Assembly: GCA_051382295.1 (NCBI GenBank)
Contig: JBBCAW010000129.1
Span: forward strand, 1-25,582
DNA from: Bdellovibrionota bacterium FG-1
GTDB taxonomy: Bacteria > Bdellovibrionota > UBA1018
DNA: 25,582 nucleotides
Direction of reading: 5' to 3'
The position numbers and the translations under genes are program-made. Shown here piece by piece: positions 15,511 through 25,024 of the stretch; positions within the stretch are counted from its first letter, which is position 1; each line of letters begins with the position of its first letter. Under the pieces are notes generated by a model that did not search any database, was not told where the DNA came from, and saw only the letters and a list, made by a program, of their open reading frames with translations.

Positions 15511-16989
15511 CTATTGAACGACAGCCAACGCACTCATCGTATATACCTTGATAAAGTCATAGGGCGCATACGCAAAGCCGCCATCTCCAAAACAGTTACC
15601 CCAGGAGTTCTTGATAATGACGTAGCCACCACCGGAGCCCAGGGGCGCGGAAGGAAGAACCTGCGCGAGCGTGGTGTTATCGATGGCACCTACGACATGG
15701 ACCGTGTGGCCGCCGCGGCTCGTTTCGCTTGGACCGTTGTAGGTGATAAAGCCCAAGCGCGAAATAGCGTCCCAGCTTGGCGTGATATTAAAGTTGAGGA
15801 TCACGGGCTGGCCGATTTTTAGGGCGGCGGTGAGGCGGTTCAGCGAACCGGCGGAGTCTAAAAGATTCCAAAGTTGGCTGGCGCCGGTGAGGCCATAGCC
15901 CGTTTGCGAAAGTTCTTTGGCCAGAAAGCCACAGTAGCGGTATTTGCCCTGATCGTTGCAGTAAACCTGCATCTGGTGCGATGAGTCCGAGCAGTCTTCG
16001 GCGCGGTCATAGCCATCGCAGGATTGCGTATAACGATGGGTTGAGGCGTTGATCTTGCGGAAGTAGGAAGGGTTATATTCCCAGAATGTTTCGGCCGGTA
16101 TCTTCCAATGTTCGTTGACCAACGCCCCTAACACGAACGGATCGGTGAGCCAATCGGCGAAATCATCTCGAATGCCAACCATCCGTCCGCGCTGGTACAA
16201 GGATTGTTCAGACAGGTTGACGTGGCGGCCCTGATTGCGGGACACGAGGGCCTCGATGGCCGAAGCGATCGAGAAGGCAACGCAAGTTCCCCTTTTGCCC
16301 TGATCTTTGACACAAGTGAGGTAAGGCTTGCTGGCCCAATCGTAATGGGCATAGATGCCGTCGGCCTGCGGGCGGCAGGCGGGGTCGCTGTCGTTGTTGC
16401 CGGAATAGTCACTGCCGCTGGTAGAAGCCCCTTCGTCAGCAATGGTACAGAGGGGAGCGGTCGTTTGGGAAACCGAATGAGGCAGCGAAGCGGGAGCGTG
16501 GTTGATCTCCTGCGCCGCGCGGTCGTTCAGCCTTTCAATCTCTTGCGATGAATAGGTCTGGTCGTCTTCGAGGAGCTGGTCCGGGTCGGGTAGTTCGAGC
16601 GATTGGCGGGTGGATTCACTCAGGCCGGCATAGAGCATCCGATAAATCTCGGCCTGATTTTCGCGCTTGGGGTAATTTTCGCGAGCAGATCGTAGAGTGG
16701 CAGTGTTTCCTTCGAATCCTTGGGTGATGACCCAAGTAGCGCGTCCATCATTGAGCTGAACCCAGTGACCGGGGTTGTTGTTAGAATGACGGCCGATGCT
16801 TTGATAAGAGATCGAGTAAAATCGCCCCGTTTTTCGTAAATTTGAGTAAGCGGTCGCATCGACGGAATGGGCCCGAGCGGGCAGGGGATCCGTAGCAAGA
16901 CTGTAGGCCCCGGGCGGAAGGTTCTCGCAAGCGGTCAGCACAAGTGCGTAGGTGCAAAGCAAACCGATCAGCGGGAATGGCTTGAGCAT
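15511..16989 (-). CDS. Lipoprotein papain-family (C1A) cysteine peptidase
   Basis: Lipobox LTAC; VKDQGKRGTC(236)VAF, LSEQ, GGH(428)TVHVVG and IIKN(461)SWG; long N-terminal extension. Confidence 0.9.
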   Translation of the reverse strand: MLKPFPLIGLLCTYALVLTACENLPPGAYSLATDPLPARAHSVDATAYSNLRKTGRFYSISYQSIGRHSNNNPGHWVQLNDGRATWVITQGFEGNTATLRSARENYPKRENQAEIYRMLYAGLSESTRQSLELPDPDQLLEDDQTYSSQEIERLNDRAAQEINHAPASLPHSVSQTTAPLCTIADEGASTSGSDYSGNNDSDPACRPQADGIYAHYDWASKPYLTCVKDQGKRGTCVAFSIASAIEALVSRNQGRHVNLSEQSLYQRGRMVGIRDDFADWLTDPFVLGALVNEHWKIPAETFWEYNPSYFRKINASTHRYTQSCDGYDRAEDCSDSSHQMQVYCNDQGKYRYCGFLAKELSQTGYGLTGASQLWNLLDSAGSLNRLTAALKIGQPVILNFNITPSWDAISRLGFITYNGPSETSRGGHTVHVVGAIDNTTLAQVLPSAPLGSGGGYVIIKNSWGNCFGDGGFAYAPYDFIKVYTMSALAVVQ

Positions 16990-16995
16990 GTTGAG

Positions 16996-17361
16996 TCACC
17001 TTTTCATGGGGATCGTGTACGGTTGCGTCCACTCGAACTCGGCCCAAAAGGCGTAGTTCAAATTTTCCCAGCGGTAGTGGTTGGGGTCCTTGATCCGAAA
17101 AGCGACCTGTGCATCGCCGCAGAGATATGGGCCGGCTTCGTTGCGGTCGCAGCCGTACACGTAGGTGCCCATTCCAAGGCAATCGCCGACGTAAGTGACT
17201 TCGAGGCCAGTCAGCGCTTGCTCAGAAAAATAGGGACGCACTTTTTGGGGGCAGATCGAAGTCGAATTGCTCGCGGTCATTTGGTAAAGCCCCGTCCGAA
17301 GGGGAAGCAAGGCAAGTATTATACTGCTTAGGCTGCCTAGGCCGACCAAGGCGGCGTTCAT
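16996..17361 (-). CDS. Small exported Cys-containing hypothetical protein
   Basis: 121 aa with a hydrophobic N-terminus, four Cys and a beta-rich sequence. ATGA overlap with the oxidase stop; ends 6 nt before the peptidase start. Confidence 0.72.
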   Translation of the reverse strand: MNAALVGLGSLSSIILALLPLRTGLYQMTASNSTSICPQKVRPYFSEQALTGLEVTYVGDCLGMGTYVYGCDRNEAGPYLCGDAQVAFRIKDPNHYRWENLNYAFWAEFEWTQPYTIPMKR

Positions 17362-18797
17362 TTGAGGCGCGCCGCGACTTTCTTTGCAGCCTCGCGACCG
17401 GAGATGACCGCGCCTTCAGCATGGCTTGAGTAAAGATAATCGCCGGCAAGGAACAGCCCCTTATTTTCTTCACGCAAGGACAATTGAAGGGCATCGAAAG
17501 GGGAGCGTCCGGGGGGCCAGTTCGCGGTTGCCGCCGGATGGTATCCATAAAAATAGGTTGCGAGCACGTGCTTGGAAAAACCTGGCCACGTCTTGTCGAG
17601 TTCCGCTAGCACACGGTCGCGGATCTTGTCCTGAGGTTCAAGATAGGTGCGGGCTTCTTCTCCGTGAATGAGGAGCGAGAATATCATTTTTTTCTGTCCG
17701 GCTTGGGGCTTTTCAAGGAAACCGTAGACGACACCAAGCGGTCCGCGGGTGAGTACTGGAAATGGAACCTTATCATCGACAAGCAGGGTTTTGGCTACCG
17801 CCGTATCTATGATGAAATGCACCACCGTGTAGGCACCGGATTTCAACGTGTCGACGGCTTTCCACTGTTGTTCATTGAGGGTCGGTTCCATTTGAATCGC
17901 GTGCAATAGATAGTAAGGCACCGCTACAACAACCTTTTCGGCTTCGGCGGTGTGCACGACGCTATCCTTGAGATAATAGACGGTGACATGGGTTTGGCCG
18001 TTGGCGCCTTGGGTGCGGACAATGCGCGTGACTCGTGACCCGAGTGACTTAGGCCCTTTGAGACTGCCCACGAGCGCATCGATGATCTTTCGGTTGCCGT
18101 CTTTGAGGTGGTAGCACTTCTCGCTTCCATGCATGAAAATCGAGGCTTCCATCAGGCCGTAGAGCGCGCTGGCTTCCTTCCAATCCACCGCCATTTCGCA
18201 TTCAAGCGACAAGCGGATAAACTCAGAAACTTTGTCGGTGAGGTTGTAGGCCTGAATCCACTTGGCCAGCGAGATTGATTGCAGATTCATCAGGCGTGGC
18301 GTCACGCCCTTAGCTTGAAGCTCATCATAGAGTGATTCGGCATCCTTGAGCCAGGAAAAATAAGCCTTGCGCTCAGCCTCACTAAAAATAGTCGCTAAAA
18401 ACGCCTCCGACTTGTCCTGCACATAAGGATAATATTTTCCGTCGATCACTACGCTGGAGTAGGGTTCCTCGGGCTCCGAGAGCGCGAGCTTGAATTTTTT
18501 CGCGTACTCGTGCAGGGGATTGCTGGCCCAGATTTCGTGCATTCCATACTCGGCGTGTAGCCCCTTCTCATACTCCGTCGTGGCGACGCGGCCGCCCCAA
18601 CGATCGCTGGCCTCGAGTACCTGGGTGGTGATGCCCTGATTTTGGAGCTCATGAGCGGTAATTAATCCGGCCAGACCTCCTCCGACCACAATCACGCGCA
18701 CCGGCGGTGTTTTCGCGAGGTCCGCAGCCTGGGCTGGGGTCGTGAGGCCAGAGATTTCGGCTAGGGCTAAGATGAAAAGTCCAAAGGTGGCGATCAT
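17358..18797 (-). CDS. Secreted flavin monoamine oxidase / amino-acid oxidase family protein
   Basis: Signal peptide (AQA-A), VIVVGGGLAGL, LEASDRWGGRV, VVVAVP and LFLAGDY...EGAVISG. Confidence 0.9.
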   Translation of the reverse strand: MIATFGLFILALAEISGLTTPAQAADLAKTPPVRVIVVGGGLAGLITAHELQNQGITTQVLEASDRWGGRVATTEYEKGLHAEYGMHEIWASNPLHEYAKKFKLALSEPEEPYSSVVIDGKYYPYVQDKSEAFLATIFSEAERKAYFSWLKDAESLYDELQAKGVTPRLMNLQSISLAKWIQAYNLTDKVSEFIRLSLECEMAVDWKEASALYGLMEASIFMHGSEKCYHLKDGNRKIIDALVGSLKGPKSLGSRVTRIVRTQGANGQTHVTVYYLKDSVVHTAEAEKVVVAVPYYLLHAIQMEPTLNEQQWKAVDTLKSGAYTVVHFIIDTAVAKTLLVDDKVPFPVLTRGPLGVVYGFLEKPQAGQKKMIFSLLIHGEEARTYLEPQDKIRDRVLAELDKTWPGFSKHVLATYFYGYHPAATANWPPGRSPFDALQLSLREENKGLFLAGDYLYSSHAEGAVISGREAAKKVAARLK

Positions 18798-18912
18798 AAA
18801 CGGGTCCCTCTGTGTAGAGTCTGGTCAATGGCAACTCTTCGAATTAATAATAGAAAAACTAGTTTTACCAGAAAATTTCAGCGGGTTTTGCGTATTTTCT
18901 TTGAATTTCGGC

Positions 18913-20922
18913 TTAAGGGGGGTTGACCCAGAACGAAGTCGTCGTTCCGCGGAACCCAGAAATCTTCCCAGTCCAGCCATCTTTTGCGGCGCCCTTATGG
19001 ACGATTCGGTATTCGCCGGGTTCAGTCAGCGAGGGGATGGCCCAGTAGATATCCGCAACCGAACAGGCCAGGCAAGCTAAAGATTTGTCGCGTCGCCACA
19101 CATAGACGGCTTCAGGATCGGAGTCCTTGGCGACTAAGACCCATGCGTGATCGACCTTTCTTTGAACTTCGAGGTAAGTATCTCCCAGCTTGAGGTCGTT
19201 TTTCGGGTGGCCACTCCTAAAACTCACGGCGACCGTTTCGCCGGGTCGATAGGAGTTTCGTGGCTGGTGCAACACCTGCCCAAACTGCTCCCAAAGTTTT
19301 TTGTCATCATATAAAATTCCGGTTTGCAGTGTAATGCCGGGATCGGGTGAATTTGGCGTGAGCTGATTGAGCGTGGCCGGCATACCCGTGCGCATAGCAT
19401 CGGCGAGCCGGGCAAAAATTTGCTTGTAGGCGGCAAGCGTATAAGGCCCAAAAAGCGTCGAGGCTCCCTCGTATTGCTGGAGGTCGAATTCTGGTTTGGT
19501 CGTGAGGTAATCGCTGTAACTGTTGGCGAGTCCCACGAGCACCACGCGTTCGACGCCAATGCCGGAGAGATGGTCAAGAATCGTTTGCCGCAGCTGGCGA
19601 CCCGCCATCGTTGTGGCTTCGACGGGGAGCGCGGCGAGGACCACTGAGCCTATGCGAAAAAGCTGAAAGGGCAGTGTGTCTGGCGTCCAAACCGGGTCCT
19701 GGCGTCCCGTGTTGATTAAAATCGGTTTCGGATATTGGCAACGTTCATCTTCTTCCGTGACGCCCAGAAGACTTCTGCGGCCCACATTGTAAAGCCAAAG
19801 AAGAAAGGAGCGACTCCACTCCACGTCCTCCTGTTTTTGTCCCTCTTGAAAGCCGGCGATGCCAGCGCGTCCATCCTCGGCTCCGGCGCCGAACGAGTAA
19901 CCCATTCCCGCGACGCACAAACTGCGACCGATATCCCCGGTGAACTCAGGTTCGACCGCATAACCGGGCATTCTTATCCAGGCATGGCGAAAGTCGATCA
20001 TCGGCCGGAGTCGTTGATTCGAGTGGTCGAAAATCTCGAGAGCCTTCCAAAGCTGGAGTTCGCCCATGGTCCTGAGGCCATCAAAATCATTGAATTTCCG
20101 TTGCCAATGTTCATCATACATGTTCGGTGAGACGTCGCCCTCGTCACTATTTGAAAAACCCGCGATCAAACCAGGCTTCATGCGCTCGAATCGAAGTGCC
20201 GGGTAACCTTTATTATCAGAGCTAATGAGCCGATTACGTTTGCTCAGCGAGGTGGGATGAATGGAGAACCAGTTGAGCATTCCCAGTTCGCGCCCATCGT
20301 CTCTGACAAGTTTGAGCACGCTCATCGTCTTGTTGGTCGTGTCAGCATAAAGGGCGGTCTCGGTGTTGGCGCGATAGGCCTGCATCGAGCGATTCACGGT
20401 TGCGCCGTCTAACCGGCCCTCTCCAAAAAAGGCTGAACCGGAGACTCGTTTTTTGTGGGCCGCCTGAATGGCGCGCGCAATGCCGTCGACGATCCCATCG
20501 AAATTTTGTTGATCGAACCCCAGTCCGGTGAGGTTGTAGAGCGTGAACGCCGAATAGCCACCCGGACCAGAATGCGTATGCGTAGCCGCAATCATCACGT
20601 TGTCAGTGCTGTAGACGCCGGGCAGGTCCCGCTTGAGTTGATCAATGACGGCAAGTTTCACGCTCTGCGAGATCAGCGCCAGGTCGGCTGTAACGTAAGC
20701 GATGGGATGGTGGCCGAAGAGGTCGCCGAAAACGAAAGCCCGGGCGTATAGCCTCGTGTGGATTCCCTTGGTGGTTTGCGCGGAGTCCGCATAACCCATC
20801 ATTCCTAATTCGGCGGCGGGACCGGTGATATCTTCAATGGCGGCGCCCATCAGGAATTCGCCCGCCAATACATTGGCAGTATTGATAAAAAAGAGGGATA
20901 AGACTAAAGCAAAATACTTCAT
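18913..20922 (-). CDS. Neutral/alkaline ceramidase, secreted
   Basis: Signal peptide, DITGP...GMMGYA, GIHTRLYARAF, ATHTHSGPGG, NRS, WFSIHPTS, ISSDNKG, GDVSPN, EATTMAG, QQYEGASTLFGP and a C-terminal Ig-like domain (GEYRIVH). Confidence 0.93.
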   Translation of the reverse strand: MKYFALVLSLFFINTANVLAGEFLMGAAIEDITGPAAELGMMGYADSAQTTKGIHTRLYARAFVFGDLFGHHPIAYVTADLALISQSVKLAVIDQLKRDLPGVYSTDNVMIAATHTHSGPGGYSAFTLYNLTGLGFDQQNFDGIVDGIARAIQAAHKKRVSGSAFFGEGRLDGATVNRSMQAYRANTETALYADTTNKTMSVLKLVRDDGRELGMLNWFSIHPTSLSKRNRLISSDNKGYPALRFERMKPGLIAGFSNSDEGDVSPNMYDEHWQRKFNDFDGLRTMGELQLWKALEIFDHSNQRLRPMIDFRHAWIRMPGYAVEPEFTGDIGRSLCVAGMGYSFGAGAEDGRAGIAGFQEGQKQEDVEWSRSFLLWLYNVGRRSLLGVTEEDERCQYPKPILINTGRQDPVWTPDTLPFQLFRIGSVVLAALPVEATTMAGRQLRQTILDHLSGIGVERVVLVGLANSYSDYLTTKPEFDLQQYEGASTLFGPYTLAAYKQIFARLADAMRTGMPATLNQLTPNSPDPGITLQTGILYDDKKLWEQFGQVLHQPRNSYRPGETVAVSFRSGHPKNDLKLGDTYLEVQRKVDHAWVLVAKDSDPEAVYVWRRDKSLACLACSVADIYWAIPSLTEPGEYRIVHKGAAKDGWTGKISGFRGTTTSFWVNPP

Positions 20923-20945
20923 GGCGAACTTCCGCCTCGAATGTC

Positions 20946-20974
20946 CTATCGGCAGAAAAGTGTCGGTGGTTGAG
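20946..20974 (-). promoter_or_regulatory. Sigma-28 (FliA)-type promoter upstream of the ceramidase
   Basis: The minus strand reads CTCAA-N16-GCCGATAG, ending 23 nt before the ATG. The consensus is TAAA-N15-GCCGATAA. Confidence 0.6.
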
Positions 20975-21096
20975 TCAAATTTCTTTCGCTGTCAAAATTG
21001 AATACAACCTCTTGTGTTTATAGCTCATTTATGTCATCTCATGCTCTTGACGTCATGCGGCCCAGAAGTGAAAAAGAAGCAAAAAAGGAGCTAAAA

Positions 21097-22773
21097 ATGG
21101 ATAAAATCTGGACATCGTCTTATGAAAAGGGTGTACCTGCCGAGATCGATTCCCGTATTTATAAATCGATTCCCGACTTGCTTCGGCACAGCTTTGAGAG
21201 ATTTCCGGAGCGCCCTGCCTTTCACAATATGGGTAAGACGCTGACTTTCAGTGAGATCGATGCTCTTTCAAGGGACTTTGGCAGCTATCTCCAAAACACC
21301 CTCGACTTGTCCAAGGGCGATCGCGTCGCGATCATGATGCCCAATGTGCTTCAGTACCCGGTTGTGCTTTTTGGCATCCTGCGTGCCGGCATGATCGCGG
21401 TGAACGTCAATCCGTTGTACACGCCGCGGGAGCTTTCGCATCAACTCAAGGACTCCGGCGCCAAGGCGATCGTGATCCTCGCCAATTTTGCGCATGTCCT
21501 CGAAAAGTCGATTGCGGGAACGGACGTACGCCATGTGGTGGTCACTGAGCTGGGCGATCTACTCGGGCAACCTAAGAAAACCGTCGTAAATTTCGTAGTC
21601 AAACGCATCAAGAAGATGGTTCCGGCCTGGAATATCGCACAGGCGGCAAGTTTTGCATCGGCACTCAAGGCGGGTGCTCATGCCTCGCTTCGCGTCGTCG
21701 AACTCGGACACGACGACATCGCCTTTCTGCAATATACCGGAGGCACCACCGGGATCTCCAAGGGCGCCATGCTCACGCACGGAAATATCGTGAGCAATAT
21801 GGTGCAGGCCCGCGCCTGGATTATGAAGGCTTTGCGGGAAGGCGAAGAGATCGTGGTCACGGCGCTGCCGCTTTACCATATCTTTTCACTCACCGCGAAT
21901 TGCTTTGTGTTTTCATCGATCGGCGCACTCAATCTGCTGATCACCAACCCGCGTGATTTTGAGGGGTTCATCAAGGAATTAAAAAAATGGCCTTTTACCG
22001 CCTTCACGGGCGTGAATACACTTTTCAACGCCTTGCTCAATCACCCTGATTTTTCCTCGATCAGTTTTAGTTCCCTGAAGCTGACGCTGGGGGGTGGCAT
22101 GGCCGTACAGCGCGCGGTCGCTGAAAAGTGGAAGCAGGTTACGGGAGTTCCCTTGATCGAAGCTTATGGTCTCACGGAGACCTCGCCCGCCGCGTGCATG
22201 AACCCCATGGATCTCGCCGAATACAACGGTTTTGTGGGCCTTCCCATTCCATCGACCGAAGTGACTATTGTCGATGACGATGGCAAGGAACTCGGAATTG
22301 GGCAGGCGGGTGAGGTCTGTATTCGGGGGCCACAAGTCATGAAGGGCTATTGGAAACGGCCGGATGAGACCGCGCTGGTTTTTCTTCCCAATGGCTTTCT
22401 GAAGACCGGTGATGTGGGCATCATGAACGAGAAGGGTTTCGTGAAACTGGTTGACCGCAAGAAGGATATGATCCTCGTTTCGGGCTTTAATGTTTATCCC
22501 AACGAGGTGGAGGACGTGGTGGTGACCCATCCTAAGGTACTGGAGGCCGCCGCGGTGGGCATCCCTGACCCGAAGAGTGGGGAGTCGGTGAAGCTCTTTG
22601 TCGTGAAGAAGGACCCCTCGCTGACGGCCGCCGAGGTGATCGCTTTCTGTAAAGAGAACCTCACGGGCTACAAGGTGCCGAAAAGCGTAGAATTTCGCAC
22701 GGAATTGCCTAAATCCAATGTAGGGAAAATTTTGCGGAAAGAGCTCAGAGTGGGAGTCGAGGCTCCCGTTTAG
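21097..22773 (+). CDS. fadD: Long-chain-fatty-acid--CoA ligase
   Basis: [65 protein letters not shown] and [13 protein letters not shown] at 21097 after SD AAGGAG. Confidence 0.93.
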   Translation: MDKIWTSSYEKGVPAEIDSRIYKSIPDLLRHSFERFPERPAFHNMGKTLTFSEIDALSRDFGSYLQNTLDLSKGDRVAIMMPNVLQYPVVLFGILRAGMIAVNVNPLYTPRELSHQLKDSGAKAIVILANFAHVLEKSIAGTDVRHVVVTELGDLLGQPKKTVVNFVVKRIKKMVPAWNIAQAASFASALKAGAHASLRVVELGHDDIAFLQYTGGTTGISKGAMLTHGNIVSNMVQARAWIMKALREGEEIVVTALPLYHIFSLTANCFVFSSIGALNLLITNPRDFEGFIKELKKWPFTAFTGVNTLFNALLNHPDFSSISFSSLKLTLGGGMAVQRAVAEKWKQVTGVPLIEAYGLTETSPAACMNPMDLAEYNGFVGLPIPSTEVTIVDDDGKELGIGQAGEVCIRGPQVMKGYWKRPDETALVFLPNGFLKTGDVGIMNEKGFVKLVDRKKDMILVSGFNVYPNEVEDVVVTHPKVLEAAAVGIPDPKSGESVKLFVVKKDPSLTAAEVIAFCKENLTGYKVPKSVEFRTELPKSNVGKILRKELRVGVEAPV

Positions 22774-24866
22774 AACGCCACGTTTAAGTTGCCCAAGACC
22801 CGTGTATGAGCCAGGATTTCCTCGCCCTCCAGCGGGACTTCTCCAGTGAGGCTGAGCCCCACCTGTTTAACGGGTTCGTAGACGACCGTGACTCCGGCCC
22901 GGCGGATGGAGTTGTCCTCGAGGCGGGAACTATTTTTGGTGACCGATCCTGCGATATGTCCGGTCACTGCGATATCCCTCGTGGCCACACCGGCTTCGAG
23001 TTTAGCTCGTTGGCCAAGATTGCTGATAATGAGATTTGTATCAAAGATGAGTTGGGTTACGTCCGAAATTTTTAAAGCCCCACTCGCCGCCAAGTAACCT
23101 TGACCTACGAAGGGCATCGGAACCTGCAAGTCCGCGTTTCGAACATCTTGCATTCCAATGGGATGGACATGAATTCCTGCGACATAGTTGCCGCGATATT
23201 TTCCGGTGTGTTGGTCGAGATGAAGTTCGCTATTGATCTGCACCGTGCCCTGGAAATTGGCCTGGGTGGGCTTGGATGTTGGAAGATCATCTTGCCGAGG
23301 TGCCCAGGTGAGGGCTCCTATTCCAATCAAACGATTATCCAAATGCAGGTTAAGGCCCTCGGTCATTCGAAATGAAGGAGTATTGGCCTGTTGTTCAATG
23401 CGGGCGTAACAGAGCGCACCCATTTGGTCGGTCTCGGTCTCGTAGATCGCCTTAGGACGATGTTGCAGGGCGCACAGAATGCCGCCCTGACCGGGAACCG
23501 GCGTACCTTCGGCATAGCGAATGTTAGCCGCCGCCCCCAAGTAGTTATTTCCTATTCCGTCTTGGCCTGAAAAAACGCGAGCCGAGCCCAGGTTGTGCGG
23601 ACCAAAATTGACATTGGCGGCGATGATGGAGCTGGTGATGCGTGCTCCTCGTTCCTGCACGAGGACATCCCAGCCCCCGGCCTCGGCGATAAATTTCTCC
23701 ATTTCACTCGGAAGCTCGGCGACCTCTTTTCCATTGGGGTCAAAAATCCGGTAAAAATGAGTGTTATCCTCTTGGGTTTGAGAAAGCGCTTTGGCACCAT
23801 CTTGGCCTTTCGCCACGGCGGTAGCGCCATAATCCGCGATGATGACTTCTCCGGTATCTGCATCTTGGGTCATCACCATGGAGTGATAAACACCGAAGCG
23901 GGAGGCTTTCATGACGACGAACGTTCTTTTGAATTTTCCGCTGGCCGCTAAAATTTTTGCCCCAAAAACGGCCTGATCACGACACACTCCAGCCACCGCG
24001 TTTGCCCCTTCGGACTTGGTGTGACCGACCGCTTCCACCATTTTTGGATCACCCAAAAGGGCGTTTTTTCGGATCGTTTGGAGAATTTGATCTCCGGTAA
24101 CAACGCCACCACTGGTTGGGCCGTTTCCGACTCGTGCAGGGTCAACACTCCGACTCCCCTGAGTCATCAACATTTGATACAATTCGAGAATTTGGACCTT
24201 ATTGAGAGCGTTTGGGTTGGCCGCGATGAGCGCCAAAAGTTTTTCCTCGCTTCCGGAGTTCACGGCCTGGTGAAAGGCTTGAATGACTTTCATTTCCTCC
24301 GGATTAATCGAAAAAATGTTCGCGTAGAGGTTGCGGGCATTTCCGGGGGTTTGTAAAAATTTACCGAAGTCCTCGTATTTTTTCTCCAAGCACTGTTCAG
24401 GAGTGAGGCCCGGCTGTCCACGAACGGTTGGACATTTTTTAAAACGAAACTGCCGAACATACGTGTTGTTATAAAATTTAATTAAACGGGGATCCCCCCA
24501 TTCGGTTTTGTGGTTGATGGGGCCATCACCTACGACGCCGCGAATGACTAAGTCGAAGCGATTCTTAAAAAGAGAATCAATGAGTTTATCCCGGCATTCG
24601 ATGGTGATTAGGGTATTTGCGGCAATCTTGAGGCGGATGGCTTGGGCTTCTTCCCGCATGACTTCAAATGTCCGGCCTTCTCGATGGAGGTGCGCGGCCC
24701 CAATCTCGGCCACGCGTGAAGCGAGATTTTGAAACTGCACTAGATCTTTGTACTGATCACAAGCACAGGTGTCCGCACGAACGGATAGCGGGGCCAGTGC
24801 TGCGCACGCCATGAATAAGAGCGCTCTTAAGATAGTACTGAGGAAAAGCAAGGCCTTTTGGCCCAT
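22770..24866 (-). CDS. Secreted protein with a transglutaminase-like Cys-His-Asp domain and a probable C-terminal outer-membrane beta-barrel
   Basis: Signal peptide, GVC(295)RDQA...YH(328)S...IAD(345)YG, then alternating amphipathic beta-strands over the last ~290 aa ending GNLNVAF. SD GGAG. Confidence 0.7.
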   Translation of the reverse strand: MGQKALLFLSTILRALLFMACAALAPLSVRADTCACDQYKDLVQFQNLASRVAEIGAAHLHREGRTFEVMREEAQAIRLKIAANTLITIECRDKLIDSLFKNRFDLVIRGVVGDGPINHKTEWGDPRLIKFYNNTYVRQFRFKKCPTVRGQPGLTPEQCLEKKYEDFGKFLQTPGNARNLYANIFSINPEEMKVIQAFHQAVNSGSEEKLLALIAANPNALNKVQILELYQMLMTQGSRSVDPARVGNGPTSGGVVTGDQILQTIRKNALLGDPKMVEAVGHTKSEGANAVAGVCRDQAVFGAKILAASGKFKRTFVVMKASRFGVYHSMVMTQDADTGEVIIADYGATAVAKGQDGAKALSQTQEDNTHFYRIFDPNGKEVAELPSEMEKFIAEAGGWDVLVQERGARITSSIIAANVNFGPHNLGSARVFSGQDGIGNNYLGAAANIRYAEGTPVPGQGGILCALQHRPKAIYETETDQMGALCYARIEQQANTPSFRMTEGLNLHLDNRLIGIGALTWAPRQDDLPTSKPTQANFQGTVQINSELHLDQHTGKYRGNYVAGIHVHPIGMQDVRNADLQVPMPFVGQGYLAASGALKISDVTQLIFDTNLIISNLGQRAKLEAGVATRDIAVTGHIAGSVTKNSSRLEDNSIRRAGVTVVYEPVKQVGLSLTGEVPLEGEEILAHTRVLGNLNVAF

Positions 24867-24920
24867 AAAAACGATACTCCGTTAAAAAGTCGCGTCGGGT
24901 CTGACAATCATTTAGTATAA

Positions 24921-24936
24921 AGCAAGGATAGGGCCA
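24921..24936 (-). promoter_or_regulatory. Sigma-54 (RpoN) -24/-12 promoter
   Basis: Minus strand TGGCCC-TATCC-TTGCT with exact GG-N10-GC spacing, upstream of the 698-aa gene. Confidence 0.7.
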
Positions 24937-24978
24937 GGCCTTCGAGGCCGAGAATGAAATGGTTTTTTGCCAGAGACC

Positions 24979-24995
24979 TGTCTAAGGTTTAGTCA
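24979..24995. promoter_or_regulatory. Palindromic candidate enhancer (bEBP) site
   Basis: TGTCTAA-ggt-TTAGTCA (6 of 7 positions symmetric), centred about 52 bp upstream of the -24 GG. A related site lies at 13825-13841. Confidence 0.45.
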
Positions 24996-25024
24996 CTTGC
25001 CAAGGGTGCTGAGGTTTCTGTCCC

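Noticed and set aside
15496..15513. GGGG-gct-CCCC hairpin between convergent genes as a terminator
   Set aside because: The core stem is only 4 bp and there is no U-tract on either strand.
20998..21096. Extended N-termini from the ORF track (fadD 20998, ABC-F 6824, FecR 9561, 13888)
   Set aside because: Downstream starts have better SD, signal-peptide or family N-terminus support.
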